Part shown: one piece after another, positions 26,519 through 34,301 of the stretch
How the letters are laid out: each line of letters opens with the position of its first letter
How positions within the stretch are numbered: the first letter of the stretch is position 1
Assembly: GCA_001871815.1 (NCBI GenBank)
Contig: MNVP01000075.1
Location: forward strand, 1 to 43,142
DNA length: 43,142 nt
Reading direction: 5' to 3'
Source: Candidatus Omnitrophica bacterium CG1_02_40_15
Lineage (GTDB): Bacteria; Omnitrophota; Gorgyraeia; Gorgyraeales; Gorgyraeaceae
The notes under the pieces: generated by a model
What the model was told of the DNA's origin: nothing
Seen by the model: the letters and a program-made list of their open reading frames with translations, nothing else
Databases searched by the model: none
Program-made: the position numbers and the translations under genes

Positions 26519-27367
26519 ATGAACATCATTGTTTGCATAAAACAGGTTCCGGATACAACAAATGTCAGGATAGACCCTGAGACAAATACTCTGGTGCGTT
26601 CAGGCGTCCAGAGTATAATAAATCCGTTTGACATGTATGCCATTGAAGAGGCTGTCAGGCTCAAAGAGAAATTCGGGGGCCTTGTAACTATAGTGACAAT
26701 GGGCCCTCCTCAGGCAGAAGAGGCGTTGCGCGAGGCAATATCTTTAGGCGGCGATGAAGCTGTGCTGATTTCAGACAGGGCATTTGCAGGAAGCGATACA
26801 TGGGCTACCAGCTATACGCTTTCAAAGGCTATTCAAAAAATAGGAAAATTTGATATTGTAATCTGCGGGAAACAGGCGATAGACGGCGATACTGCCCAGG
26901 TGGGGCCTGGGGTTGCTGCATTTTTAGATATACCTCAGATTACGTTTGTGAAGAAAATAGAAGAGATAAATATTGGGAGCACCCCCGCACCACAAGGGTA
27001 CGGGGCAGGCAGAGTACCAGAGTACCAGAGTGCTAGTGTTGAGTATATCAGGGCAGAAAGGATGACAGAAGAAGGCTATGATATTGTTGAATCGCCTTTG
27101 CCATGCCTTATCACTGTGGTTAAAGAAATTAACGAGCCAAGGCTGCCTTCTTTAAAAGGCAAGATGAGGGCAAAGAAGATAGAGATTAAAAAACTAGAGG
27201 CAAAAGACTTGGATGCAGACCCAAATTCGCTTGGGCTAAAAGGCTCTCCTACAAAAGTCGTCAAGATATTTACGCCTCCTCCGAGAAAAGGCGGCCAGAT
27301 TTTAGAAGGCGAAGTAAAAGATATTTGCGGGAAATTGGTGGAATTATTAAAGGGAGAGATATTGTAG
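26519..27367 (+). CDS. etfB: electron transfer flavoprotein beta subunit
   Basis: MNIIVCIKQVPDT, VTMGPPQAEEALREA, DGDTAQVGP, LGLKGSPTKV. Has an extra Gly/Pro-rich segment at nt 26975-27036. Confidence 0.9.
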   Translation: MNIIVCIKQVPDTTNVRIDPETNTLVRSGVQSIINPFDMYAIEEAVRLKEKFGGLVTIVTMGPPQAEEALREAISLGGDEAVLISDRAFAGSDTWATSYTLSKAIQKIGKFDIVICGKQAIDGDTAQVGPGVAAFLDIPQITFVKKIEEINIGSTPAPQGYGAGRVPEYQSASVEYIRAERMTEEGYDIVESPLPCLITVVKEINEPRLPSLKGKMRAKKIEIKKLEAKDLDADPNSLGLKGSPTKVVKIFTPPPRKGGQILEGEVKDICGKLVELLKGEIL

Positions 27368-27478
27368 TTCTCGACTGGGTGCGCATGTATAGCCACGCCT
27401 GCCGCTCGAACAATATTAGAAATATCCAATATTCTTCGAGCGATCATAATAGCATATCATGAAAGCACAGTCGAGAAG
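27367..27478. repeat. Family B composite element, copy B5
   Basis: Begins in the etfB stop codon. It is the near-twin of B2. Confidence 0.9.
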
Positions 27479-27492
27479 CCAAGGAAATAAAG

Positions 27493-28698
27493 ATGTCAAT
27501 CAAAGTCATCAATGAAAAATGCGTTGGTTGTAAATTATGCGTCAAGGCCTGCCCATTCAACGCAATAGAGCTTGTTAATAAAAAAGCAGTCATAGACCTT
27601 GATAAGTGCACATTATGCGGGGCGTGTATAGAATCCTGCAAGTTTGACGCTATCGTGATTGTAGGGGGCGGTCGCGACCGCCCCCTACACCAGAAATTTG
27701 ATGAATATAAAGATGTGTGGGTATTCTGCGAACAGAAAAAAGGCGTTGTGCAGAGTGTTGCATATGAACTTTTGGGCAAGGCTAGAGAGCTCGCGGATAC
27801 ACTTGGGAATGAATTATGCGGAGTTTTATTAGGCGAAGATATGAAAGAGGAAGCGCAGAAGATTATTCATAGAGGCGCTAACAAGGTATATCTTGTGGAT
27901 TCCCCTGCGTTAAAACATTATCAGGATGAGCCATATTCAAAGGTGTTAATTCAATTGATAAAGGAGTATAAGCCTGAAATAGTGCTTTGCGGAGCTTCTT
28001 CAATAGGCAGGTCATTGATATCGCGGGTTGCAATAGGCATTCATGCGGGCCTTACAGCAGATTGCACAGGCCTTGATATAGATAAAAAAGAAAGGCTCCT
28101 ATTGCAAACCAGGCCTGCATTCGGCGGAAATATTATGGCCACTATTATCTGCCCTAATCACAGGCCTCAGATGTCAACTGTAAGGCACAAGGTAATGAAA
28201 GAAGCTGCCGAAAATAAACATCATAAAGGAAAGATCATAGAAAAAAATTACGGCAGTAATATTTATTTTTCGAGAACAAGGCTTATTGATATTGTGGAAG
28301 AGATAGAAGAGACAGTCAATTTAACAGAGGCAAACGTGATTGTTTCCGGCGGAAGGGGCATGCAGTCCCCAGAGAATTTTAAACTTATTGAAGGCCTGGC
28401 AAAGGCTCTGGGCGGCGCTGTAGGAGCATCGCGCGCCGCAGTTGACAGCGGCTGGAAAACTTATTCGCACCAGGTTGGCCAGACAGGAAAAACAGTGTGC
28501 CCGAAGATTTACATAGCCTGCGGCATCTCCGGCCAGATCCAGCATCTTGTGGGCATGCAGTCTTCAAAGATAATAGTGGCGATAAATAAAGACCCTTACG
28601 CGCCCATATTCAGCGTGGCGACCTATGGGATAGTTGGGGATTTATTTGAAGTATTGCCTGAATTGACGAGAAGATTTAAAGAAATATTGAAAAAATAG
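27493..28698 (+). CDS. etfA: electron transfer flavoprotein alpha subunit with N-terminal 2x[4Fe-4S] ferredoxin domain
   Basis: CVGCKLCVKACP and CTLCGACIESCK motifs, then VSGGRGM, GASRAAVDSGW, QVGQTGKTVCPKIYIACGISGQIQH. Confidence 0.9.
   Translation: MSIKVINEKCVGCKLCVKACPFNAIELVNKKAVIDLDKCTLCGACIESCKFDAIVIVGGGRDRPLHQKFDEYKDVWVFCEQKKGVVQSVAYELLGKARELADTLGNELCGVLLGEDMKEEAQKIIHRGANKVYLVDSPALKHYQDEPYSKVLIQLIKEYKPEIVLCGASSIGRSLISRVAIGIHAGLTADCTGLDIDKKERLLLQTRPAFGGNIMATIICPNHRPQMSTVRHKVMKEAAENKHHKGKIIEKNYGSNIYFSRTRLIDIVEEIEETVNLTEANVIVSGGRGMQSPENFKLIEGLAKALGGAVGASRAAVDSGWKTYSHQVGQTGKTVCPKIYIACGISGQIQHLVGMQSSKIIVAINKDPYAPIFSVATYGIVGDLFEVLPELTRRFKEILKK
27661..27688. repeat. Family A-like perfect 28-nt palindrome, copy A6 (inside etfA, in frame)
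   Basis: GTAGGGGGCGGTCGCGACCGCCCCCTAC, translated as VGGGRDRPL, in the linker between the ferredoxin and Etf domains. Confidence 0.85.
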
Positions 28699-28728
28699 CT
28701 ATAAGTTTTAAGCTGTAAGTTATAAGCT
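28697..28728. repeat. Family G heptamer arm, copy G4a (5' arm flanking the four-helix-bundle gene)
   Basis: AGC TATAAGT TTTAAGC TGTAAGT TATAAGC T. Begins in the etfA stop codon. Confidence 0.8.
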
Positions 28729-28736
28729 AAAAAGAC

Positions 28737-29093
28737 ATGGCTTACACATTTAAGAATATAAAAGTTTGGGATAAAGCTCATAAGTTAGTTTTGGAAATAT
28801 ATAAAGCGACAAGAAATTTCCCAACGGAAGAAAAATATGGTTTGATAGCGCAACTTAGGAGATCGGCAGCTCCTATACCTACGAATATAGTAGAAGGTTA
28901 TAAAAGAAAAAGTGATAAAGATTTTTTACATTTTCTTAATATAGCCGATACATCTTTAGAAGAAACAAAATATCATTTACTTTTGAGTTACGATTTGAAT
29001 TATTTGAAAAAGAATGAATATGAAAGATTATTAGATTTAATGGACGAAGTTGGAAAGATGCTTTTTGGCTTCCAACAAAAGCTTAAAGCTTAA
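28737..29093 (+). CDS. four-helix-bundle protein (23S rRNA intervening-sequence protein / Avd-like family)
   Basis: KAHKLVLEIYKATRNFPTEEKYGLIAQLRRSAAPIPTNIVEGYKR...FLHFLNIADTSLEETKYHLLLS, recognised as the TIGR02436-type family. Confidence 0.8.
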   Translation: MAYTFKNIKVWDKAHKLVLEIYKATRNFPTEEKYGLIAQLRRSAAPIPTNIVEGYKRKSDKDFLHFLNIADTSLEETKYHLLLSYDLNYLKKNEYERLLDLMDEVGKMLFGFQQKLKA

Positions 29094-29111
29094 AGCTTAT
29101 AACTTAAAGCT
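29080..29111. repeat. Family G heptamer arm, copy G4b (3' arm)
   Basis: AGCTTAA AGCTTAA AGCTTAT AACTTAA AGCT. Complementary to G4a at 27 of 32 positions. Contains the stop of the four-helix-bundle gene and ends 7 nt before the smc ATG. Confidence 0.8.
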
Positions 29112-29118
29112 GAAAAAC

Positions 29119-32100
29119 ATGTATTTCAAATCCTTAGAATTATTCGGTTTCAAATCATTCGCTGATAAGACAAGGTTGGATTTTGAGCCTGGCATTACTG
29201 CTATTGTGGGGCCCAATGGCTGCGGAAAATCTAATATTGCCGACAGCATAAAGTGGGTACTCGGAGAACAATCTGCAAAGGTCTTGCGCGGCGGCAAAAT
29301 GGAAGACGTTATATTCAACGGCACTGACGGCAAGGAACCTGTGAGTTTCGCGGAAGTTTCCCTCACGCTTTCCAATCAGGATAGGGCGCTTGCAATAGAA
29401 TACGACGAAGTTACTGTCACCAGGCGCCTCTATCGCTCAGGAGAGAGCGAGTATCTTTTAAATAAAACTCCGGTCCGGCTTAAGGATATAAATGAGCTTT
29501 TCATGGGCACTGGCATAGGCACAAGCGCTTATTCTATTATTGAACAGGGCAAGATAGACCAGGTCTTGAGCTCGAAGCCAGAGGAAAGGCGTGAGGTCTT
29601 TGAAGAGGCGAGCGGCATTACAAAATACAAGGCAAAAAAGAAAGAGGCATTGCATAAACTGGAAGATACAGAACAAAATCTATTAAGGATAAATGATATC
29701 ATAGTAGAAGTAAAGCGCCAGATCAATTCAATAGAACGCCAGGCGAAGAAGGCAGAGCGCTATAAAGAGCGCTACGAAGAATTGAAGTCAATTGAATTGA
29801 AGCTCTCGAGAATAGACCTTGAGATATTGAGAAGCAAGAACTTGAATTCCGAAAGGGATACAAGCGAGTTAAATCAGAAAGAAGCAGAGCTTAATTTAGA
29901 ATTAAATAGCTTGTCCGAGGACCTGTCATTATTAAACAAGGATAGCTCCCATGTGGAAAATAAAAGAGTGAACCTGAAATCCAGAATAGTAGAACTTAAT
30001 TCTGAAATCTCAAAAGCCAGCAATAAGATATCTATGGATAAAGAAAGGGTGGACGAGCTTACAAAGCGCCGCTCAGGCCTTGAGGCTGAGATAAAAAAAA
30101 GCGAAGACATACTTATATCTCAAGAAAAGGAGATAGCTAATCTCAAGGAAAAGATATCTACGCTGGAAAAGGAAGATAGCGCGAGGTTCAGCAAGGTAAC
30201 AGAAAAAGAAAAAAGATTCGAAGAGATATCAAAGGCAATAAAAACAAGCGAAACAACATTGTCCAATTCGAAGGCAAATATCATAGATATTGCTTCAAGA
30301 CAGGCGAAGCTGAGAAACCAGGTGGCGAAGATATCCACTACTATTTCAACCCACGACTCAAGGCTCAAGAGGCTGGAATCAGAAAAATCAACTGTCTTAG
30401 AGGAAAAAAATAACCTGCAAGCTAAATTAAACGAAATCCTGGCAGAAATAACAGCAATTGAAAAAGAAGCAGCCAGCCTTAAACTAGAAAGAGATTCTGT
30501 ATCTGGTTCCGTATCAGCTATCCGAAGCCATATAAACTCGCTTACAGAAGAATCCAAAAAAATAGAGGCGCTCCTGGCGTCCAATAAATCCAAATTAGAA
30601 TTTTTGGAAGAGGCAAGGCTTAAATACGAAGGGTTTTCCGCAGGCGTAAAGGCAATACTTGGAAGCCAGTCAAGGATAGACGGCGTCAGGGATTGCCTTG
30701 CAAATCTGTTAACAGTCAAAAAAGGCTATGAGGCTGCAATAGAAACAGCAATGTCTGAGTATCTGCAAAGCATAGTAGTTGATACTATGGAATCTGTGGA
30801 TAATGCTATAGCATATCTTAAAGAACATTCATACGGCAAGGCCTCATTTATATATCCAGGGTATTTTAACGTAGGGACAGCACAATGTGCTGTCCCTACC
30901 GAGCAGATGGCGGTTTCCGAAGTCGAAAATTATAACGACAGCCGCATCCTTGGCAAGGCAGCTGATTTTGTAAATGCAGGAGATTCTTATAAAAATATCT
31001 TGAGGTATATATTGAAAGATGTTTTTATAGTAAATGACCTTAAGGACGCAAGGGCTCTTTTGGATAATACCAAGGGGCCTGCGAGGTGCAGGTTTATTAC
31101 TTTGTCAGGTGAGGCGGCCGAGAATGGGTTCATAACAGGCGGGAGCTCTAAAAAGGAAGAGCTTGGCCTGATAAATAGAGACGCCAGGATAAATGAGATC
31201 CGTCAAATGGTTAGTGAACTGGAAGGCCATTCGCGAAAACTTGAAGAAGAAAGGTTAGAGAAAGAAAAAGAAGAGAACGAATTGAAAACTAAATTTGAAG
31301 CGCTTACAAACGTAATTAACGAAAAAGATATACTATTTGCTAATGCCTCTACCAGCAGATCCAATATAGAAGAAAATATGAAAGGCCTGGGGGATGAGAT
31401 ATCGCTTGTGAACCTTGAGATAGATGAAGTGAATTCTGAAATCCTGATTCTGAAACAGGAAGAAGATGCTTCTCTTAAGACGCTGTTAGAGCTTGAGAAT
31501 GAAACCAAGATTAATGAAGAAAGGATACGCAGCAGCGAAGCCCTTATAACAGAATGCGCAAAAGAAAGAGAACAGCTTCTTGTAGAGATCGCGGAGGCAA
31601 GGACCGAGCTGGGGTCGCTCGAAAGCAAAAAGGAAGGCCTGTCGAGCACGTTGAATATACTGGAATCATCTTTGCGTGATGCCAGAAATAACGTAGAGTC
31701 CAGAAAGCTGGAAATAACGAGCTCTATTAAAAAGGGAGATGCGCTAATCGTAGAGATAAAAGAATTTGAAAAAAACATAACTGTCCTGTCGGAAGAAGGT
31801 TCCGGGAGGAATAAAGAATTGAGCGAGGTAGAGGCCGTATATTCCGAGATAACAGAAAAAACAGCGTCTTACGAAACTAAATCCAAAGAGATAGAAAACC
31901 AGATAAATAGTATAAGGTCAAAGATGCATTCTGTGGACTTACAGAAGGCGGAGGTGAATTACAGCATAGAAAACCTGACTCAACGCATAAGGGATGTTTA
32001 CAAAACTGAGCTTTTGGAATTCGAGCTGCCAGAGGATTGGCAGGTTTTAGATAAAGCTGCCCTGAAAAATAATGTAGAGGAAATGCGCAATCACTTGGAT

Positions 32101-32745
32101 TCAATGGGCGCGGTAAATCTGGTAGCTATAGATGAGAATAAAGAGCTTCAGGATAGGTTTATATTTTTGACAACCCAGAGAGATGACTTATTAAAGGCAA
32201 AAGACAGCCTGCTGGAGGCAATTAATAAAATAAATAAAACAACAAAAGAGCTCTTTATGGAGACATTCAAGAATATTCAAGTGGAATTCAGGAACTTCTT
32301 CAAAATGCTTTTCGGAGGAGGAGATGGGGAACTCATGCTCCTGGATGATGACAATGTGCTTGAGTGCGGGATTGAAATAGTCGCGAGGCCTCCCGGGAAA
32401 AGGCTTCAAAATGTTTCGCTTCTTTCAGGGGGAGAAAAAGCCCTTACCGCAGTAGCTCTTATATTCGCAATATTTAAAGTAAAGCCAAGCCCATTCTGTG
32501 TTCTGGATGAAATAGACGCGCCTCTTGACGAATCAAATGTTGACAGATTTTCAAGAAGCCTCGATATGTTTACAAATACATCTCAATTCATTGTTGTAAC
32601 CCACAATAAAAAGACCATTGATAAGGCTGATGTGATGTATGGCATTACCATGCAGCAGTCTGGCGTATCAAAGGTCGTCTCAGTCAAATTTTCAGATTCA
32701 AAGAAACAGGAAGCGGTTGAACAGCAAGTGGAGCCGAAGGTTTAA
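29119..32745 (+). CDS. smc: chromosome partition protein SMC
   Basis: MYFKSLELFGFKSFADKT, Walker A GPNGCGKSN, long coiled coils, hinge, LSGGEKALTAVALIFA, Walker B FCVLDEIDAPLD. Start ATG 29119. Carries in-frame palindrome A3 in the hinge region. Confidence 0.9.
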   Translation: MYFKSLELFGFKSFADKTRLDFEPGITAIVGPNGCGKSNIADSIKWVLGEQSAKVLRGGKMEDVIFNGTDGKEPVSFAEVSLTLSNQDRALAIEYDEVTVTRRLYRSGESEYLLNKTPVRLKDINELFMGTGIGTSAYSIIEQGKIDQVLSSKPEERREVFEEASGITKYKAKKKEALHKLEDTEQNLLRINDIIVEVKRQINSIERQAKKAERYKERYEELKSIELKLSRIDLEILRSKNLNSERDTSELNQKEAELNLELNSLSEDLSLLNKDSSHVENKRVNLKSRIVELNSEISKASNKISMDKERVDELTKRRSGLEAEIKKSEDILISQEKEIANLKEKISTLEKEDSARFSKVTEKEKRFEEISKAIKTSETTLSNSKANIIDIASRQAKLRNQVAKISTTISTHDSRLKRLESEKSTVLEEKNNLQAKLNEILAEITAIEKEAASLKLERDSVSGSVSAIRSHINSLTEESKKIEALLASNKSKLEFLEEARLKYEGFSAGVKAILGSQSRIDGVRDCLANLLTVKKGYEAAIETAMSEYLQSIVVDTMESVDNAIAYLKEHSYGKASFIYPGYFNVGTAQCAVPTEQMAVSEVENYNDSRILGKAADFVNAGDSYKNILRYILKDVFIVNDLKDARALLDNTKGPARCRFITLSGEAAENGFITGGSSKKEELGLINRDARINEIRQMVSELEGHSRKLEEERLEKEKEENELKTKFEALTNVINEKDILFANASTSRSNIEENMKGLGDEISLVNLEIDEVNSEILILKQEEDASLKTLLELENETKINEERIRSSEALITECAKEREQLLVEIAEARTELGSLESKKEGLSSTLNILESSLRDARNNVESRKLEITSSIKKGDALIVEIKEFEKNITVLSEEGSGRNKELSEVEAVYSEITEKTASYETKSKEIENQINSIRSKMHSVDLQKAEVNYSIENLTQRIRDVYKTELLEFELPEDWQVLDKAALKNNVEEMRNHLDSMGAVNLVAIDENKELQDRFIFLTTQRDDLLKAKDSLLEAINKINKTTKELFMETFKNIQVEFRNFFKMLFGGGDGELMLLDDDNVLECGIEIVARPPGKRLQNVSLLSGGEKALTAVALIFAIFKVKPSPFCVLDEIDAPLDESNVDRFSRSLDMFTNTSQFIVVTHNKKTIDKADVMYGITMQQSGVSKVVSVKFSDSKKQEAVEQQVEPKV
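30871..30899. repeat. Family A palindrome, copy A3 (inside smc, in frame)
   Basis: GTAGGGACAGCACAATGTGCTGTCCCTAC, translated as VGTAQCAVPT. GTA is codon 585 counted from ATG 29119. Confidence 0.9.
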
Positions 32746-33887
32746 GCGCAGATTTTATTTTTGCCTGATCTTTTGGCTTCGTAGAGCGCCCTATCAGCAC
32801 GGGTTATCAAATCCTCTTTTTTTTCTCCGTCTTCAGGAAAAGATGAGACGCCTATACTTATAGTTATATTTTTAAGGCTAGGGCTTGTTTCAACAGCCTT
32901 TCTTATGCGTTCAGCCAGGATAAGCGCTTCTTCTTTTTTTGTTACAGGAAGGATTATCCCAAATTCTTCTCCGCCGTAACGCGCTACAACATCTATTTTT
33001 CTTGATGCATCCTTGAATATCTTTGAGATTTCCCTGATAATACTGTCGCCTGCCTGATGGCCATAGGTGTCATTGAAGGCCTTAAAGTTATCTATGTCAA
33101 TCATAAGAAGCGTAAAACAAAATTTCATAAGAGAAGACTTCTTTATCTCTTCTCCCAATAGGTACTGAAAATATCCGTGATTCCATAATCCTGTAAGAGA
33201 ATCAGAATTTGAAAGGACCACAGTCTGTTCATAAAGCCTGGAGTTTTCAATTGCGAGGCCTGCCTGGTTTGCGAACATAGTCAATACCCTGACAGCGTCA
33301 TTAGTTATAGGTTTTTTGTTAAACCTATTATCCGCGAGCAGGACGCCTATTACCTTATCCTTTGCTTTTAAAGGCACTGTCACAAATTCGTCCAGATCCA
33401 GGATGATGGAAAATTCATTTTTCACTTTTTGTTTTGCTTCCGGCGTATTGATTATAAAAGGCAGGCCTTCCATGACTGTGAGCGCGATTACTCCCGAATC
33501 TTCTCTGACAGGAATTTTTATTGATTTTATCGCCTGATTGAGCCTGGATTTTTTGAGATGGTCAAATTGGGTTTCTATACTTATCAGTTCCTCGAGCCCG
33601 ATTTTATTTTTCTCTATATAAGCCCAGATTTTAGAAGCGTCTTCTGCGCTGTCAGGGCCTATGCCCATCTTGCCTTCCAGCTGGTTTTCTTTTTTATTTA
33701 CAAGGAAAAGCATGGCTCTATTAAAACTCAGGCCTGTATGGGACGTGGCGGCTGTAAGTATGATATAGAGGATTTCCTCCAGATTGAGGGTGGTGCGCAT
33801 GGCATTGCCTATATCATAAAGCATTTCCAGCTCAGTCCTTGTCTTGCTTAATTTTTCCTGGTAATTTTTATCTCCCATGTTATCCAT
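32742..33887 (-). CDS. GAF-domain diguanylate cyclase (GGDEF)
   Basis: GAF-like N-terminal region. RYGGEEFGII active site with an RKID I-site 5 residues upstream. First ATG is at 33887; an in-frame TTG at 33896 is also possible. Confidence 0.85.
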   Translation of the reverse strand: MDNMGDKNYQEKLSKTRTELEMLYDIGNAMRTTLNLEEILYIILTAATSHTGLSFNRAMLFLVNKKENQLEGKMGIGPDSAEDASKIWAYIEKNKIGLEELISIETQFDHLKKSRLNQAIKSIKIPVREDSGVIALTVMEGLPFIINTPEAKQKVKNEFSIILDLDEFVTVPLKAKDKVIGVLLADNRFNKKPITNDAVRVLTMFANQAGLAIENSRLYEQTVVLSNSDSLTGLWNHGYFQYLLGEEIKKSSLMKFCFTLLMIDIDNFKAFNDTYGHQAGDSIIREISKIFKDASRKIDVVARYGGEEFGIILPVTKKEEALILAERIRKAVETSPSLKNITISIGVSSFPEDGEKKEDLITRADRALYEAKRSGKNKICA

Positions 33888-33937
33888 ATTTTGCAATTAT
33901 ACCATATATATCTAATTATGCAAAAGGTAAATAAGGG

Positions 33938-33965
33938 TTGACAGGAAAGTATAAGTTGATATAAT
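33938..33965 (+). promoter_or_regulatory. sigma70-type promoter of the riboflavin operon
   Basis: TTGACA (33938-33943), 16 nt, TATAAT (33960-33965), just upstream of the riboswitch. Confidence 0.6.
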
Positions 33966-33971
33966 ACATAT

Positions 33972-34088
33972 GATCTTCGGGAGAGGGTGAAATTCCCCAC
34001 CGGTAGTATAGTCTACGAGCTTTGCTATAGCAGGGCAGATCCGGTGTAATTCCGGAACCGATTGTGAAAGGCTAGATGGTAGAAGAGT
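33972..34088 (+). promoter_or_regulatory. FMN riboswitch (RFN element) aptamer
   Basis: TCTTCGGGAGAGGGTGAAATTCCCCACCGGTAGTATAGTCTACGAGC...CAGATCCGGTGTAATTCCGGAACCGATTGTGAAAGGCTAGATGGTAGAAGAG matches the conserved RFN cores and sits upstream of ribBA. Confidence 0.85.
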
Positions 34089-34113
34089 TTTTATATATTC
34101 TGCATATTTTCAT

Positions 34114-34139
34114 GCCCGAAGACTTTCTTCGGGCTTTTT
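34114..34139 (+). terminator. riboswitch expression-platform terminator
   Basis: GCCCGAAG-ACTTT-CTTCGGGC followed by TTTTT. Its 5' arm can alternatively pair with the aptamer P1 strand TCTTCGGG (antiterminator logic). Confidence 0.8.
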
Positions 34140-34144
34140 AATGA

Positions 34145-34189
34145 GCACATCGTTTACGAATTTTTTTGAAATTCGTAAACGATAAGTGC
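34145..34189. repeat. Family C-architecture hairpin, copy C4
   Basis: ATGA|GCAC ATCGTTTACGAATTT-TTTTG-AAATTCGTAAACGAT AA GTGC|GAATTAATCC. The flanks match C1 but the interior stem is different. Confidence 0.7.
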
Positions 34190-34301
34190 GAATTAATCCT
34201 GAAGACACGACATTGCTGGTGCGACGAATAAGGAGCACCGTTTAGCAAACCTGCCGAGATGTGAGGCAGGTGGAGTGTCTTTAGGATATCGAGACCATAT
34301 C

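Noticed and set aside
28737-29093. Avd-like four-helix-bundle gene as a marker of a diversity-generating retroelement.
   Set aside because: There is no reverse transcriptase, no template/variable repeat pair and no target gene with a C-terminal variable region in the window.
29050-29118. Longer N-terminal extensions offered by the ORF track for smc (29050), gspF (14655), fabF (7174), the gspL-like gene (18300), ribBA (34275), exeA (20532) and the merR-like gene (20157).
   Set aside because: The extensions are encoded by repeat elements or the preceding gene and lack family-typical N-termini. Canonical N-termini begin at the internal starts used in the feature list.
30120-31778. Two long Ser/Leu-rich minus-strand ORFs inside smc.
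   Set aside because: They are antisense to the GAA/AAG-rich coiled-coil coding sequence, a typical artefact, with no start or RBS context.
32742-32745. The convergent smc and GGDEF genes share a TTAA in which both stop codons overlap, leaving no room for terminators.
   Set aside because: This is real but a common compaction feature, and it carries no further signal.
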